A DNA stretch of 58,534 nucleotides, the filler included, from Sphacelaria rigidula (Eukaryota), in assembly GCA_964200075.2 (NCBI GenBank). It is 10 parts of 10 records of this genome, joined end to end, with 100 filler letters (N's around TTAATTAATTAA, not from the genome) between each part and the next. Parts side by side here need not be neighbours in the genome. Positions count along the whole stretch, not along the records: positions 11,729 to 17,492 come from CAXNAA020024640.1; positions 17,593 to 23,356 come from CAXNAA020024641.1; positions 23,457 to 29,220 come from CAXNAA020024642.1; 7 more parts are not named here. One strand, 5' to 3'. Numbering within the stretch: position 1 is the first letter of the stretch; each line of letters opens with the position of its first letter. Below, one piece after another: positions 11,729-25,498 of the stretch. Below the pieces are notes generated by a model that was not told where the DNA came from, did not search any database, and saw only the letters and a program-made list of their open reading frames with translations. A program made the translations under genes and the position numbers.

Positions 11729-12915
11729 AAAATAGGGCAATGTTCCCGTCACCGCTACTACTGTTCTCTGCCACACACATGCCAGGAAGGGCGGCGCTGC
11801 GGGATTAACAGATAGATCCAACTTGAACGTGGGGGGTGTTATGAATCTTTGATTTGCGCCGACCTTTCCCAACGGGGTGCCCGAGCAGAAAGGCCTGCCA
11901 CACGCCAGTTGAGGGGGGTGTTTGATAGATCAAACACTTGTAGAGACCTTTTTGACATGTGGAGTAAAAAAAGATATCTATGGTGGTGACCTAACCGTTG
12001 CTAGCATGGCGCATAGGCAATCTGCAGCAGACGCTGGTCGCGTGAACAGCTCGGTACAGTACGAGTAGCTTCCCATATATAATAATTATTCCGATGTCCG
12101 GAGGTCATGGGTTATTGCAAGTTGGGAGAAGATACGAGAGTGCTCTACGATCAACCGCATGTCGTTGCATTCGAGACCCACGCCGTCAACCGCGGACAAC
12201 AAGGGTCTTGTGGCTTTCACGCGACGCTGTCGGCAGTACGGCAGGCAAACTGGATCATAGCTACCTTTCGTTGCTCTAGCGCGTACTCCCGTCTGCTCAG
12301 AGCTGGTCACGGTGACGAACTGCACCGAAGTCGCAACATCTGTGAAAGCTAGAGAGTTTGATCTTTATCAACTGCATCCACACAATGCAAACGGCTCTCA
12401 AAATCTGAGGGGGGCCGGCTTCCCTGTCCCTCAGCCAGGTATTGATGAACGAGGAAAGACTTTTGACAGGCTGATACAACAGAAATGGGGGCCCGGAGAA
12501 GTTTCTTCCCATCAAAAGCGGTGTTTTTCAACCTGCAAAGCGTTCCATGCGCATTGGTTTCTAATACGAACGGTAACTTGTCGATTACTGCTCCGTTCTT
12601 CAATCACTGCCTGATGCCGATTCCCGAAAGGTTTGGTGTTACTGTTCGATGGTATCCTTGGATGTTTAACTGGACCCGAAGCGGCTACCTTCCCTCTTAC
12701 TACTTAGTGTTTGATCTATCAAACACCCCCCTCAACTGGCGTGTGGCAGGCTCTTCTGCTCGGGCACCCCGTTGGGAAAGGTCGGCGCAAATCAAAGATT
12801 CATAACACCCCCCACGTTCAAGTTGGATCTATCTGTTAATCCCGCAGCGCCGCCCTTCCTGGCATGTGTGTGGCAGAGAACAGTAGTAGCGGTGACGGGA
12901 ACATTGCCCTATTTT
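11729..12915. repeat. near-identical ~210-bp inverted repeat pair (11729-11938 and 12707-12915)
   Basis: Arms are reverse complements apart from a two-base difference; inner ends carry the palindrome GTGTTTGATCTATCAAACAC. Confidence 0.9.
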
Positions 12916-15900
12916 TCAACGACATGTTTTTCAGCGCACAGAGGCGCGTCCTGTCCAAAATGAGAGGCAGAGAGAAATCCGTCTTTCGCATTCGTGAGCT
13001 CGACAGGCAAGAAGAGACGACGGAATCTCTCCGCACGTCGATGTTCTGGTGCATGAAAAATTTGACACATGCTGGTATAATAACATCGATGATGCCAGTT
13101 TATCAAGCGATTGGTAACCGCCGAGCGAGGACATACAAAGGACACGGGCGAGGAGGAGTTTCCTCTCTGTCGTTGCTTCTCTCTCTGGTGAGATCGTCAT
13201 CGACACGCGTGTACGCTGCATTCGTTAGGTGCACCTAGCCACAGCTGCCCAACTGCTGCGGATATTTGGGGGGGAAGATGGCTTCGCTCGGTCGCAAGTG
13301 TTTCGCGTCTTTCCTGCATAAGAGAAATGCCACTTCAACCCATTATTTTGTATGAACCCCATTTTCTAGGATCCACTGTTTGAGGGTTAAGAAGGAGTTT
13401 GCGACCTGCACGCTCTTACTTTCCTACCCCACCTGCAAAAAGGCCGCGCCGCCGAAGAGTCGCACTCCCGTGAAATGGCAGGTGAGGAACAAACACGTTT
13501 TCATTATTCAAGTCGCATGGGCAGAAGGTGAAAAACACGCACGTATCATTCATGCTGCAAACATGGCAAGTAACGACAAATCCAAAACAATGAGGTTGAA
13601 CTTTTTAAATTAATAATGGCGTTGAAGTCGCCTTCTGCAATGTCACATTTACGTAAAAGAGTTTTGCTCAAACAACCAACAACAGAGGATTTTGTTTGTT
13701 CGTTGAAATTTCTCCTTCTTTCTCTGGTGTCTCACGCCATACTATATGTACATATGTACATATATCGTACCACATTTTTTCCCGCGCTTTCTTTGCAACC
13801 CACTGAGAAGGCTCAGCGGTACAGTACCATTCAGGTTTGGGCGTCATCTGATACTTACGGCGCGTGTTCTGGCCAACGGAAGTCGCTCAAACCGGCCCCT
13901 TTTTTTTACGCTGGGTGTCGATCCCGGACCAGAAAAGCCACTTCAAGGTCATGGAAAACTTCAAGCAAGAAGCCGCACCACAAAAAAAACTGTGTGAAGA
14001 TGATGGAAATCTCCAAACAGGGTTACTCTTGACGGGGGTTTTTCGCCCCATGTTTATCTCTGTCGCGTTTCTGTTCATTTGGGAGCACGAACACAGCGGT
14101 TATGCCGCCAATGTCACGAGAACATGAGAGCAAAGCACTTGAAAATAATTCAATATTACCGTGGCCATAGTCAGCAACAAACATAAACCCACGCAATAGG
14201 CCGTTGGCGAGTTGAACAAGGCACAGCAGCACGGCAGCACAGGAATTTTTTGCCGCACAAACAACCACCCTGTTTTACAAAAAGGCCTGGTGATGTGGAA
14301 GCCACAGTGATGTACAAAGAACATGCCAAGAATGTTCCACGCAGTCCGATTTTTCGGAAGTGCCTCCCGCCGTCATGTCCTTGTGGCACGAGAGCTACTT
14401 CGCACTCTGGCACCTCGGAAACATCACACATGTCCTACGCCGGGCGGTTCCACCGGCAGCCTCCGTCCAAATTCCCATATTTCCGAACGACATCCGATGA
14501 CACATATGACGTTTTGTACAACCACGATCACTACTATACATTGAGATACAACGGCCTTTCTGTCATATATTTTTCACTTGCGTCACCCCCGGGAGGCCTG
14601 TACCAACCTCCCGAAGAGGAACCTTTTATATAACAATAATACGGTTTATCTTTTTTTACGTTTGCGAGCCCTGCAAACAGGTGCCCTTTTTTCCACTTGG
14701 TTTTAGAGTACAGCGGAACGGGATGATTCCGTCGTTCTCAGAAGCTCTAAGAAGCGAGCATTTCCTCTCACTTGATTTTAGCGTACAGCGAAACGGGGTC
14801 ATTTCGTTCTCTAGAGCTCTCACAAGGCAAAATTACCTAATTTTAGAGTACACGTCTTTCAAATCAGCCTCTTCGCTTTCATTGAGCTGGATATTCCTGT
14901 TCTGCTTGGGTTTCGGGAGCATATCTTTCCGGGCTGTGTTGTACACGGTGTTTTCGCGCCGTTTCATTTCTCGCTGGTGTTGCGGTGGACCCTTCGGGCG
15001 TCCGAGATTATACCTCTCCACCGTACACCGCACACAGAGTTCGCACGCGGGGGCCTTTTCGTGGATCGGCATTGTTTGTAGTCTTCCGCGGACTTGCCAC
15101 ATCACACATACATACAGAGTACAGAACAGAACGTCTCTGCCTGCGTGGCGCTGATTTTAGAGTACATTTTTTTCGATTGCATTCCGGGTGCGTTCCGGTC
15201 AGATTTTCGGGTGCGTTCAGGTCTGCTTTTCGCGTTCGGAGGGTTTGAATTGCAGACACTCTATACTCTACAAGCTTTCCGCGCTGTGTTGCGTGGGACT
15301 GGGGGATTCCTATGGGTTCCGTTTGACCGTTCGAGATGCCACCTTTCATCATGAGCCGCGAACTGCTTTTTCGATGCCACTTTTTTGTGATGGAGCCGCG
15401 GCCCTTTTATCCGAGATGCCTTCTATCGTGAGCCGTTTACATTTTTCTTGTCCAGGGCATGGAGTCTGCACGCAGGACCGAAAGAGTACAGACGAACCCC
15501 AACCACAAACACCGCGTAGAAGTGCAAGAGTAGCAGCGAAAAACAACAGTACAGCCAAACCCCCTTCACAAACAAGCGGTGCTACGATAGGGGTTGCAGT
15601 GTTTGTTTCTGGCTTCTTTTTTGTAGGGGCTCAAATATATGGAGCTTACTTTGCAACCCGAATCTCCGGGGACCGTGCTCCCAAAAACATGGGGTTTGCA
15701 CCCAGGGACTTTTTCGTGAATCGGCATCATTTGTTGGCGTTGTGACTTTTGGAGACAACACCGTTTCCCTCCCTGAAGGTCACAAGCTGAAGTGTACCCT
15801 GTGTTCGGTAGAGTCTAGAGTTATATGGCTTCAGCACTCACCGCTGAACCAAAAACGTAGAAGGCGATCTCGCACAGCGTCCGCGGTCAAAGATGAAGTC

Positions 15901-15966
15901 ACAGAAGCAGAAGTGTGTAGTTGTCTTTTATTACCTCATTCATATCAGACCGCTCATGGGTAGGAA

Positions 15967-15968
<2 letters not shown>

Positions 15969-16005
<37 letters not shown>
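15969..16005. repeat. (CA)n microsatellite
   Basis: Dinucleotide run. Confidence 0.95.
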
Positions 16006-16007
<2 letters not shown>

Positions 16008-16009
16008 AA

Positions 16010-17492
16010 CACGGTGCGGCGAGAGATGCGGAGATGCATCATCGTCGACTCCTTCTCGGCCTACAGCAAATATCTCCTGCTTCATCCCGCAGAAACGTAC
16101 CGTACACCACAAGATAACTCCCCGTCATTTGCGGATCATTCGGGAACAAAAGTGAGAACAACGAATACGCTCAAGAAAATTCCAAGAATCGATCCGAACC
16201 GTCGTTCTAGATTACCATTCCTGGAAATCACCAGAACCGTTTCCCATCGGTTAATCCGCTACATTTTCCTCCGAGAGTCTCGTCAGAGTATCCTGGATCT
16301 TACATTTACCATAAGTGAAATCACACGATCAATACCCTCCCTGATTTTGCACACTGAGAAAACAAACGCATGTCGAAAATTTGAATCAACACACAAGAAA
16401 AGATTTCAGACCACTTCGACCAAAAAACGTTTCCTGTTCCCGAAAAAGCACAAATCACACCTAAGCCATGACCGAAATATGGTTTGGCCTTGACTATGAC
16501 ACGAGTCTCGTGAGAATGCGCTTTGCTCCCAATGAGACACACTCAGCTACAACCTCGCGGCCGCACCTCACTCCAAACGTTCATAGCTTGACGTAGAAAG
16601 TACAAGACCCAAGACTATAAACCGGTCTCACTTCAACTTTCAAGATTGTCAAAGTCACTTGATGTTCATCAGGACATTCATGTGGTACCTGAAGCTACCA
16701 ACAGACAGAGTTTTCGTTAAAACGTCTGCGTGCTACTCAGGAGACTTGACATATTCCACTCCAATTATTTGTTCAGACACCAATTCCCTCAGAAAACGAT
16801 GACGCACATCAATATGCTTGCTGTTGTGGGAGCTTCGCGGATTTTTCGCGCGTTGAATCGCCCCCTGATCATCCTCATACACCGTCAGTGGCATACAAAA
16901 TTCCTTCCTTTACGGCTGCATAAATTTCAGCACCACCTTCCCGAATAGAGCATCCTTCACTACGTCGCCCATCGCTACGTATTCAGCCTGAGTAGAAGAG
17001 AGAATTATATTCTCTTGAGCGCGAGAGAAAAATCCTACATCAGCCCCGCAGAAAAATATCGCCCCTCCCGACACTGAGCGCGGATCATCAAATTCCGCAT
17101 AGCCTGCATCCGCATACGCCACCAACTCGTCACTCGAACCCCTAGCATACGTGATTCCCAAGTCTACTGTTGTCTTGAGGTACTCGAAAATCCGCAACAC
17201 TTTGCGCCAGTCCTCAGACGTCGGCTTTTCGTTGTGGCGGGATGTAGCTCTCACGGCGTCAGCGATGTCCGGGCGGGTGTCGATGGAGAGCCACATCAAA
17301 GATCCCACCACCTCACGGTACCTCCCCTCGAAATCCTCTCCCCCATCCATCTTGAAGTCAGAAGAAACAAACGCAGGTGTTGCAGCGGTCCTTTTGATCG
17401 AAAACCCTTCAAGAATCTGCTGAGTATACGCAGTCTGAGACAATTTGAGGGTCCCTTTCTCGAGATCGTGTTTGTACTCACATCCTGCGTAC
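16010..17492 (-). mobile_element. Ty1/Copia LTR retrotransposon 3' part (RT C-terminus, RNase H, PPT, probable 3' LTR), degenerate
   Basis: SQTAY...YREVVGSLMWL...TRPDIA...AYADA-YA...RSVSG...SSTQAEYVA, continuing past stops to EDDQGAI...SKHIDVRH...HADVLTK; frame ends at TGA 16655-16657; AGGGAGGG polypurine tract 16335-16342 followed by TATTGA; distal LTR boundary approximate. Confidence 0.92.
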
Positions 17493-17592
17493 NNNNNNNN
17501 NNNNNNNNNNNNNNNNNNNNNNNNNNNNNNNNNNNNTTAATTAATTAANNNNNNNNNNNNNNNNNNNNNNNNNNNNNNNNNNNNNNNNNNNN

Positions 17593-17770
17593 GGGGCGTA
17601 CTCATTTGTTGCTTGCCTTAGTCGTTTGACCATTGACCACGCATCCCTTTCGAGACGGAGCATGGCAGGGGGAGGGGGGGGGGCATGCGTACTCATTTGT
17701 TGCTTGCCTTAGTCGTTTTGACCATTAACCACGCATCCCTTTCGAGACGAGGCCTGGGGGGGGGGGTGGG
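17593..17770 (-). repeat. two tandem copies of the poly(C)-ended repeat
   Basis: gggg-cgtactcatttgttgcttgccttagtcg...gagacgg-G tract, twice in a row. Confidence 0.88.
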
Positions 17771-17927
17771 TGAGGAGGCAAGCGTGCAGTGTCCCGAGAC
17801 TCGGCGCATACATTTTCAATGCATTTTCCCCCAGCCCTATATAGAAGCGGCCTTGGCATATACAGCACAACGGCTGATCCGATTTTTTGTTGTTGTGTGT
17901 GTTTGGTGGAAATGTGCGTTGATGCAG

Positions 17928-18027
17928 ATTCTGATGCCGTTCATCATATTCGGAGGGCTGCTAATCAACATCGAGGAGATTCCGGCCTACTTTCTGTGGT
18001 TGTCCGTCTTTTCCTTTGTGCAATACG
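17928..18027 (+). CDS. ABCG (White/ABC-2 type) transporter, membrane-domain exon
   Basis: ILMPFIIFGGLLINIEEIPAYFLWLSVFSFVQYG matches ABCG P---FGG--IN---IP-Y--WL---S---YG; cag/gtgag. Confidence 0.92.
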
Positions 18028-19847
18028 GTGAGCAAAGGAGTGTCGGTGAAGAAACACACAGGGATCATTTGACGGCCTCAGTCATCGTGAAATACATGAA
18101 GAACATGATGAAAAAGAATATAGTGATCGTGCGTTGGTCTAAGTTCCCGTGGCAGACATGAAAGACATGTTGGTTGAAGAACAAATAGTGCGTGCCACGC
18201 TTTCAATCATTCCCCTTCGTCGGGACGAGACCATAGTTTGGAGGGATTTGTTTAGCCATCTCTCTTCCGGTCACACGCCTTCTGTTTTGGTGTCACGGAT
18301 TGGATCATGACCAAACACTCCCACACAATGGTTGACTTTTCGTCAAATGAACTCTTTTTGCTACTCACGTCCTCGCGTTTCTAATGACAGAAATCATATA
18401 CTTGTCCATTTAAAAAGCCTTCATCTGTCGGGATTTGATGCCCTCAATGTTGTACCTTACACAGGTTTCAGTTGCACCAATTAGACCACCGTGTCGCGGC
18501 AGTATGTTCACCGCAGTAGTGCGGTTGAGTTTTCGGTGAAAAAGCAAACGTGAGTAGCAGGTCGTCTCTCCAGGCATATGCGTCACCGGAGGACAGACCA
18601 AGAACTTAAACCGATTATTCACTTACCTTGGCCAAAAGCATAAGTTACCGCGATAACCGCAATAACCTCGCCGGAATATTACATCATGCAGAGGGGCGGT
18701 GGATAGTCAGGTGGCGGTGTCCTTCTCCACGCCCCCGCCCGCCCCCCTGCCAACCCCAAATCCTAGTACCCTCCCCGAAGGAACCACGAAAGTCTGAGAA
18801 AAGTTCATCGTTGGCTGTAGTTTGTCATCCTGGCGCATCGTTACCCGTACATCGGAAAATGACATCGTAAGGAGCGTAGGTAATTGGAACATGAAGCGAA
18901 CGCGTGCTGCAACGTAGCAACCGCGGGAAAGGCCCAAGGAACGTGACCGTGGGTCCGAGAAGCGACCTGTAGTGACGCGCTGGCGGTATCGCAAAACTGT
19001 GGTAAGCCATGCCCACGAACCCAACTACACACAATGCGTTGGCACTTGACTTCTTGCACGAGTGTTGGTACGGTTCGCACGAACGTGTATTGGTGGCGTC
19101 GTGTTCACTGTCCGCATACGTCACCGGGTCATCGTCGTACTCCTTTCAGCCTCTTCTCAGAAGTAGGCATCGTTTTCTGAAGAACGTCTGCCCTTTCTCC
19201 CTACAGTACGTCAATGTTTCACAGAGAGGCCCGGATAAGGTAGGTGGAAAGCGTCCAAGAGTATCTGATATTCACTCGAAATCAAGGATTGATGATTCCT
19301 CGTTTGCAAGGTTGGGTTCTGTAGGGTATACCCGGAATTGGAGGGTTTTTGGTTGGCATATCAAACGATATCGGAATGCGTACTGGACACTCTGAATTAG
19401 TTCGGAAGCGTGTTTACTGTTCAAAACGCCCGGCATACTTCTGAACGTACCCAACTTGTGGCCGTCATACCGTACGGAGCACAGCCTCGCTTATTTGTTC
19501 TCTCTTATTCCAAGTCCGGATCATGGGCATTTCAGCGATTTCTAGTGTAATACCAAAATGTCAGCATTCCCTGGGCGCCCCTATCATGCCTACGGCCACC
19601 AGGTCAGGTGCGCTCAAATCCCAATTTTTACCCCTGTAACAGACCTAGATCCTAACTTGTCCTTTTTGCTTTTCTGCCAAAAGGAGACGGCCCCTAGAAA
19701 GAAGCCATGTCGTTCTTCACTGCTGACCGGTGTTCCCTTCAACAACTCTCACACAAGACGAATCAAACGCAGCCATGATATGTTGGTCCATCTCTGCAGC
19801 TCTTGTAACTATCGTCCCGCCTCGGCCGTGAGACATCGCCTTTAGAG

Positions 19848-20769
19848 TAGAGTTGTGAACTGGTTTGGCTAACCAGTGAACTTATTGCAAAAAATTAGAC
19901 CAGTTACAGTTATCAGTTAAAACTGGATAACTAGCGGCGAAGCCGCCACGCGACTCCGCCAGCGTTACCCAGCAAGGCAACGCGGCGGAGTCGCGTAAAC
20001 GCCGCCCCCCGGCTGGTGAGGGGGTCCCGCCGGGGGCGCGCTGGAGGCAAGAAAATTACGCCATTTGGCTTCACATCTCTCCAAAACCGCGGTAATTTCT
20101 AGTCGCCTACTTGTAGCGCCAACACTTCGAGCGCGCAACCGGTACACAAGAATATACATGTATGGGGTAGAAAAACACATCATTGAACTTTGCGAGATGA
20201 ATTCAAAAACGAAGCGGTAAGACAGAAGTGCAGTATACATAGCGTTCCGCGTGTATCACCCAAGCGCCAGGAACTACTAGTAGCACGAGAACTTGGTAAC
20301 GTTACTGAATGTGACTTCATCAGCCAGGAAAAATTGACCGAGATCTCGACTCTTCCTCATGCTTCGGTATCACATTCACCAGCCACCACTGAAGGCTTAT
20401 AACGCTTGATGCCGACAGAGTAAAGTAAAGCACACACAACAACGCTACAAAACGCAGTTTTGCTTCACATTTCAGATCCGCTCAATCAACAACTGTCCGT
20501 ACCCAACCTCTATTTTTATATATATTACAATATGTTGTCTACGATATTCGTGTTTACGTCTAGGTGTGTGCGCTGGGCGGTCATGCACTCGCCTCTGTAA
20601 CAGAGTCTCCACGGTCATTGTAGTACAAAATGCTTCAGAACTATTGACCTGAGAATGACAAATGTCGGGTGAAATTACTGGTTCAACTGGTTGCAAAACC
20701 GACCAGTTGACCAGTTGCACCAGCTAACTGTAACTGGTCGGTGAAACTGGCAGCCAGTCCGCAGCTCCA
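19848..20769. mobile_element. non-autonomous hAT-like DNA transposon
   Basis: Imperfect TIR TAGAGTTGTGAACTGG / CCAGTCCGCAGCTCCA; 8-bp TSD ctttagag / ctttacag; subterminal AACTGG/CCAGTT repeats; no ORF. Confidence 0.78.
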
Positions 20770-22074
20770 CTTTACAGGCATCATTCAGGAGTCGTCTTGT
20801 GTGCTTAGATACCAGAACGGCACGTGTTTCCCGAAATAGATTCGAGGTGAATATATGATACCCGTCGCATTTATTACATACCTCCTCCTGCTCTCAAGCT
20901 TCTTCTAGTCCGGACATGTCTCGAGTTTGCCTACGGTACGGCTGCGTATGCTGCCGAAGAAGGTGGGTCTTCAGTAGTTCCCGCTGAAGTCTGCTGCTAT
21001 AGTTTTGTTGCCGATCTTGGTCTACAAGCGAGGCGTTTTCCCCTCGTGTTGTGTAAGGCAAGAGTTTGGCCGTGGGCTGGGTATTGGGCAGGTTTTCAGC
21101 GCGCGCTCTGCGAGCAGGGTGGCCCTGTTAGATTGAGCTCTTGTACCATCCCCTACTGGTTTCGTAGGGTACACGAGATACATCCATGAGAAGCTCTAGT
21201 GGCTCCTGTAGAGGCCTCTCGCTCATGTTTCTGGCCGGAACAGGTTCTCTGTGGTAGGTTCGTGTCTTCCTGGCTTGAATGTGTGTGCACATCTTCATGA
21301 TGCGCGCATATGATACGTTATCCACACAGACAGTGTACTGTGTCAAACTTGTCGTATTCCCGTGTACTGTACGAGTATACAATAGTGTTTCGGCGTGGAA
21401 GAAGAGCCCTTCGGAACAGTCAGCACCTCTTTACCCTCTCCGCCACGTTTTTTGTCTGAGAAAAAGGCTAGGCTGATTTCGCCGCCTCAGAGAGTCTTTT
21501 CTTGCTATACGATAGGGTTCCGGTGCACGTTTCCGTTCTACGGTGACAAGCAGTTCCGCTGTCGGGGTGGATTGGGAACTTCCCGCGCTACATGTCGAAC
21601 ACCACCAAATGCGCGGAAACCATCGAAAAATTGATGCAGAGTTTCTCTGAACTTTGACCGCTTGCCCAGGAAATTGCGAATTCGTTTAAAAGTGGAACTG
21701 CACCCACTGGGAAAAGCAAGGGTAACACCGGAAGCTCCTCAAGCTCTAGAGGAAGTAATTCTGGGGTGTCTGAATCTCTCTAACCCTCTTCATGGACTGA
21801 AAGCGCCGCGTACATGCCAGAAAGACACTTTGCCGGGAGATGCTTTGACACGGGCCACAAGAAGCGGCCTCACCAGATTGAAGAATAGGAATAAACTCGG
21901 GGAAGAAAACGATAAAAAAAAACCCCGATGCAAGTCAACAGTCAGTTCCGTCCCCGCGTCTGACCTTTCCGTCATGACTCACCCAGCCTGCAAAATCGAT
22001 CTCCTACAGTCGTCAGATTATTTTGTTTTGACTCTTATTTTGGCCCTCCGACTGGTCGTACCGTTATCACCCAG

Positions 22075-22235
22075 GGTTCAAGGGCATTTCTATCGCAGTA
22101 TGGGAAGATAGTTCTTTGGCGGAGCTGGATTGCCCACAGGATGGTGTGTGCGCGTTCCCCACGGGGCAGTCGGTGCTGGAGTACCTCAATATCGAGGGAG
22201 GGGACGGACAGTTGTGGTTCAACGCCGGTGTCTTG
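22075..22235 (+). CDS. ABCG transporter, extracellular-loop exon
   Basis: GFKGISIAVWEDSSLAELDCPQDGVCAFPTGQSVLEYLNIEGGDGQLWFNAGVL (C--C-F-TG--VL-YL motif); phase 1 matches previous exon; cag/gtgag. Confidence 0.9.
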
Positions 22236-22268
22236 GTGAGAGAAACATGTCTAAAACTTCACACTGTT

Positions 22269-22628
22269 GTCGCCCCGGTGGCTCAGTTGGTAACCTCGAC
22301 ACCCTCTGGCGGTTGGGTCGTGGATTCAAATCTCGGAGCGATCTGAGACTTTTTCTCACACCATGCCCAACAGTGTAGAGCGACCATGTCGTGGGCACAC
22401 AAAATTCGACTTAACGGTCGACGAGGGAAAGGGACTGCTGAACCTCTCTCGCGATAAAAAATAAAAGGCAAGCACCGCAGAAGGAAGGCGGGGTACTAAA
22501 AAACAAATAACAAAGAAGCTCCTGTGTTGACCTTCCTCCTGTGTGACCCCGGCTGATGCGCCCACATATACCGAAAAGTGTAGACCGGCGTCCAGCATAG
22601 ATGGGACGTCAACACAACACAACAACAC
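22269..22628 (+). mobile_element. tRNA-derived SINE, near full length
   Basis: Same head (A-box, GATTCAAATC B-box-like), body and (CAACA)n tail; begins ~33 bp after the ABCG donor. Confidence 0.83.
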
Positions 22629-23147
22629 CGTGGTGTTGAAGATGTTTATATATATATTTTCTCGAGCACTAGGTGCATAATAAGACAATACCTCCGACCA
22701 GTATTGTGTACGATGTACCACGCCGTGCTGTCGCGCCCGAGTAGACTCGGTGTCATATTCTTTAGCGACGCCACAGGAGCGAGACATGGCGGAGTTACCG
22801 GATTCGATGGAAAATCTATTCACAACGATGCATGTAGGCAACTCCAGAGCACCTCGATAGTTACCTTCTCCGAGAAGTTCGGCTCAGTTCAATCGACCAA
22901 GGCGCACAAACTGGCGGTGAATATTTACTCGGCGGCTGGCACAGGAAATGCACCCATTTGACTAACGTGATATGTGGTGGTACCCACACAGAAGGGGAAA
23001 CTTCCCGTGAGAGTCCGTCGACGAACCCATCATCTTTTCACATTGGCGACACCATGAGATGAATCGTACGCTTCATAAAGAGCACGTCTCGGGTTAGAAC
23101 CCCTCTTCTTGTTGAAAGAACTTACGAAGAGGCTCATGAAGGCGGGC

Positions 23148-23315
23148 GGAGGGTGTACTAATGATCTTGCATACCGTAGTCATATCATATGACCGTTGAC
23201 CTCGCATCCCTACAAAGCCGGGAAGGAGCTCGCCGGATTTTCGCCGGACCAGGCTCGCAATCAAATCACCAAGCGCGAAACGCCGTGATGTGTTCGGCGA
23301 GTCGCATGGAGGGTG

Positions 23316-23356
<41 letters not shown>
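23148..23356 (-). repeat. poly(C)-ended repeat, truncated long form abutting a long G run
   Basis: gggtgtactaatgatcttgcataccgtagtc...gaccgttgacctcgcatccc...gagggtgacc followed by ~38 G. Confidence 0.8.
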
Positions 23357-23456
23357 NNNNNNNNNNNNNNNNNNNNNNNNNNNNNNNNNNNNNNNNNNNN
23401 TTAATTAATTAANNNNNNNNNNNNNNNNNNNNNNNNNNNNNNNNNNNNNNNNNNNN

Positions 23457-23735
23457 TTAAATAAGCGGCGGCTGTATATGGAAGAGGCGATACCAGAAAA
23501 TAAAGCAACCCATTGTAGGCTGCCATCTAAATGCAAGATAATCAGTAGGCTTCAGGCCGAAAAATCTTAGCAGGATGCAGCTCACCCTTCATGCGACTCG
23601 CCGAACACACCACGGCGCTTCGCGTACAAGCCTGGTCCGGCGAAAACCCGCGTACTCCGTCCCGGCTTTGTAGGGATGCGCGGTCAATAATCTTACGACT
23701 ATGGCACGCATGGTCATGAGCACACCCCCCACCAC
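23457..23735 (+). repeat. poly(C)-ended repeat, long form
   Basis: ...ggcgataccagaaaataaagcaacc...agggatgcgcggtcaat...tggtcatgagcacacccccc. Confidence 0.8.
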
Positions 23736-25498
23736 CCAAGAACAATAGTTGGGGGAAAGTAAGTATGTCTTCATGCACTTCTGTCTCTTTTCGCGTTGTG
23801 ACATGTTTTGCAACCTCACTCAAGCACGCGTGGAGAGTCAGCGTTGCTGATCCAGCAACCGACCAACCCTCAGATGTTGCAGAGCGCGATGAAGCTACTG
23901 TGCACTCATTGGTCTCGTGTCGCTTGTAAATGAAGGACCTACCCACGCCCCACGCTGTTACCGTGTGACCAATATACCAGTAAAAATCGCACTGATATAT
24001 GTATATAGTATATGTGCCGGGAATTAAATGCCAAATGAATACTCCCGTGGACCAACCTGCCACCTATAGGAGCACAAAAGTTCAACCAACATCTTGATTG
24101 CCTTGTGTGCCGTACGCAACTTCTGTGCGTTCTTGCTCGCCCGTTGTAAGACCTTCCGAGGCGTCCAGTGTGGGGAGACATCAGCTACTGTACGTACACG
24201 CCTTGGGGCTCGTACGAGTTACATGCGTGGCATAGAGTAGCATGTCCGCGGATATCCTCAGGTTGATGGAAGTTTGCAGCCAAGGAATACTCAACACGGG
24301 CAATGATTCGACCTAGCAACAAGTCCAACCGATGGTGGGCAAGTATGATAGAAGTATTTGACGCAGCTTTGCGCGTGCAAATGGAACCGTCGGAACGTCC
24401 TCGAGGCTGAACGCAGAAATCCGTCTGTCGCCTACACACAGTGTTTGCGCGAGTTGGATTCGCATGGCGTCGTACTGGAGGAGATTGCAGGGGTGATGCT
24501 GTGTGGTTTGCAGCCACGACCAACGTCATATCAATACAAGATTCAAATCGTCTCCGTGTCCGTTATCATTGTTGTCCCGTCTAAGCTGGTACCAGCTTCG
24601 AGTCTCTAACAAACTGAGAGCCGCTGCCTGGCTGGTCAGGTGGGATCAGAGCAACATTTTGTTTCTCCGCGACACGGTTGTGACCAGGGACCGCTTCTGC
24701 TGTCCGTCAGTGCTCCGGCTACATGCAACGCTTGTACCCCATAGTGCTTCAGGGCAACAACGTTTACAGATGTGTATCTTAGCTTGGCCAGCGGAAGATT
24801 TTTTACTGATGCTTGTGAGTCCGCGCTGTCGGTTCAGCCAAAAGTTCGTCGATATGATCGAAAGACTTGTAGCAAAATTGGCAGTCAAGCACGAACAGTA
24901 GAAGGGCCTACAGGGAGCCACCCAGAGGTGTTTTTTTTTTAATCTCTCGAAGTGCTCTACATAGAGCTTGAGGACGATTGCGTTTGCGCTGAGTCCAATG
25001 ATTTTGACACCTGTTTGTACGCGTGCTCATGAATTTGGGCGATTTGCACTCACCAGATATTGGGTTGCTTTTTCAAGAGATTGTATATTTGGTCGATGGA
25101 AGTCCTCTCACTTTCGAAACTCGGACCGTGTGGCAAAATATCGAGTGCAACGACACCTATGCGAAGCGACCAGCACTTTTCTTCGGAGGATAAAACTCGG
25201 AAGAACCAGGTTGTCGGACGACAAATACAGATAATGAGTTGTCATAGTTGTTGTAGTCACCACATACTCACTCCAGACGCAGTTTTGATGCTCTTGGCCC
25301 CGTTTCTGTGTAACGGCTGCACATCACAACGTCTGATTTTGTTGGTACGATCATATGATGCCACGAGTTGTGTATCAGCCGTCGTCTTCCGTCCTCTTGT
25401 CTCAATTAGGGCCATCAGCGGACCTTGCCAGCAATTCTTCCTTCCCATTCCGTCTCCTTTTCTCAGGAGAAATCTCCACCTTTTTCCCGCCTACACTC

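Noticed and set aside
14430..14633. OTU-like His motif (VLYNHDHYYTL) and a CxxC at ~15794 suggesting a transposon relic in 13400-15960
   Set aside because: No catalytic Cys motif or continuous frame; too little to call
23160..23190. Resemblance of the repeat end (gatcttgcataccgtagtcatat) to the 18S rRNA 5' end
   Set aside because: Short gapped match only, with no downstream rRNA similarity
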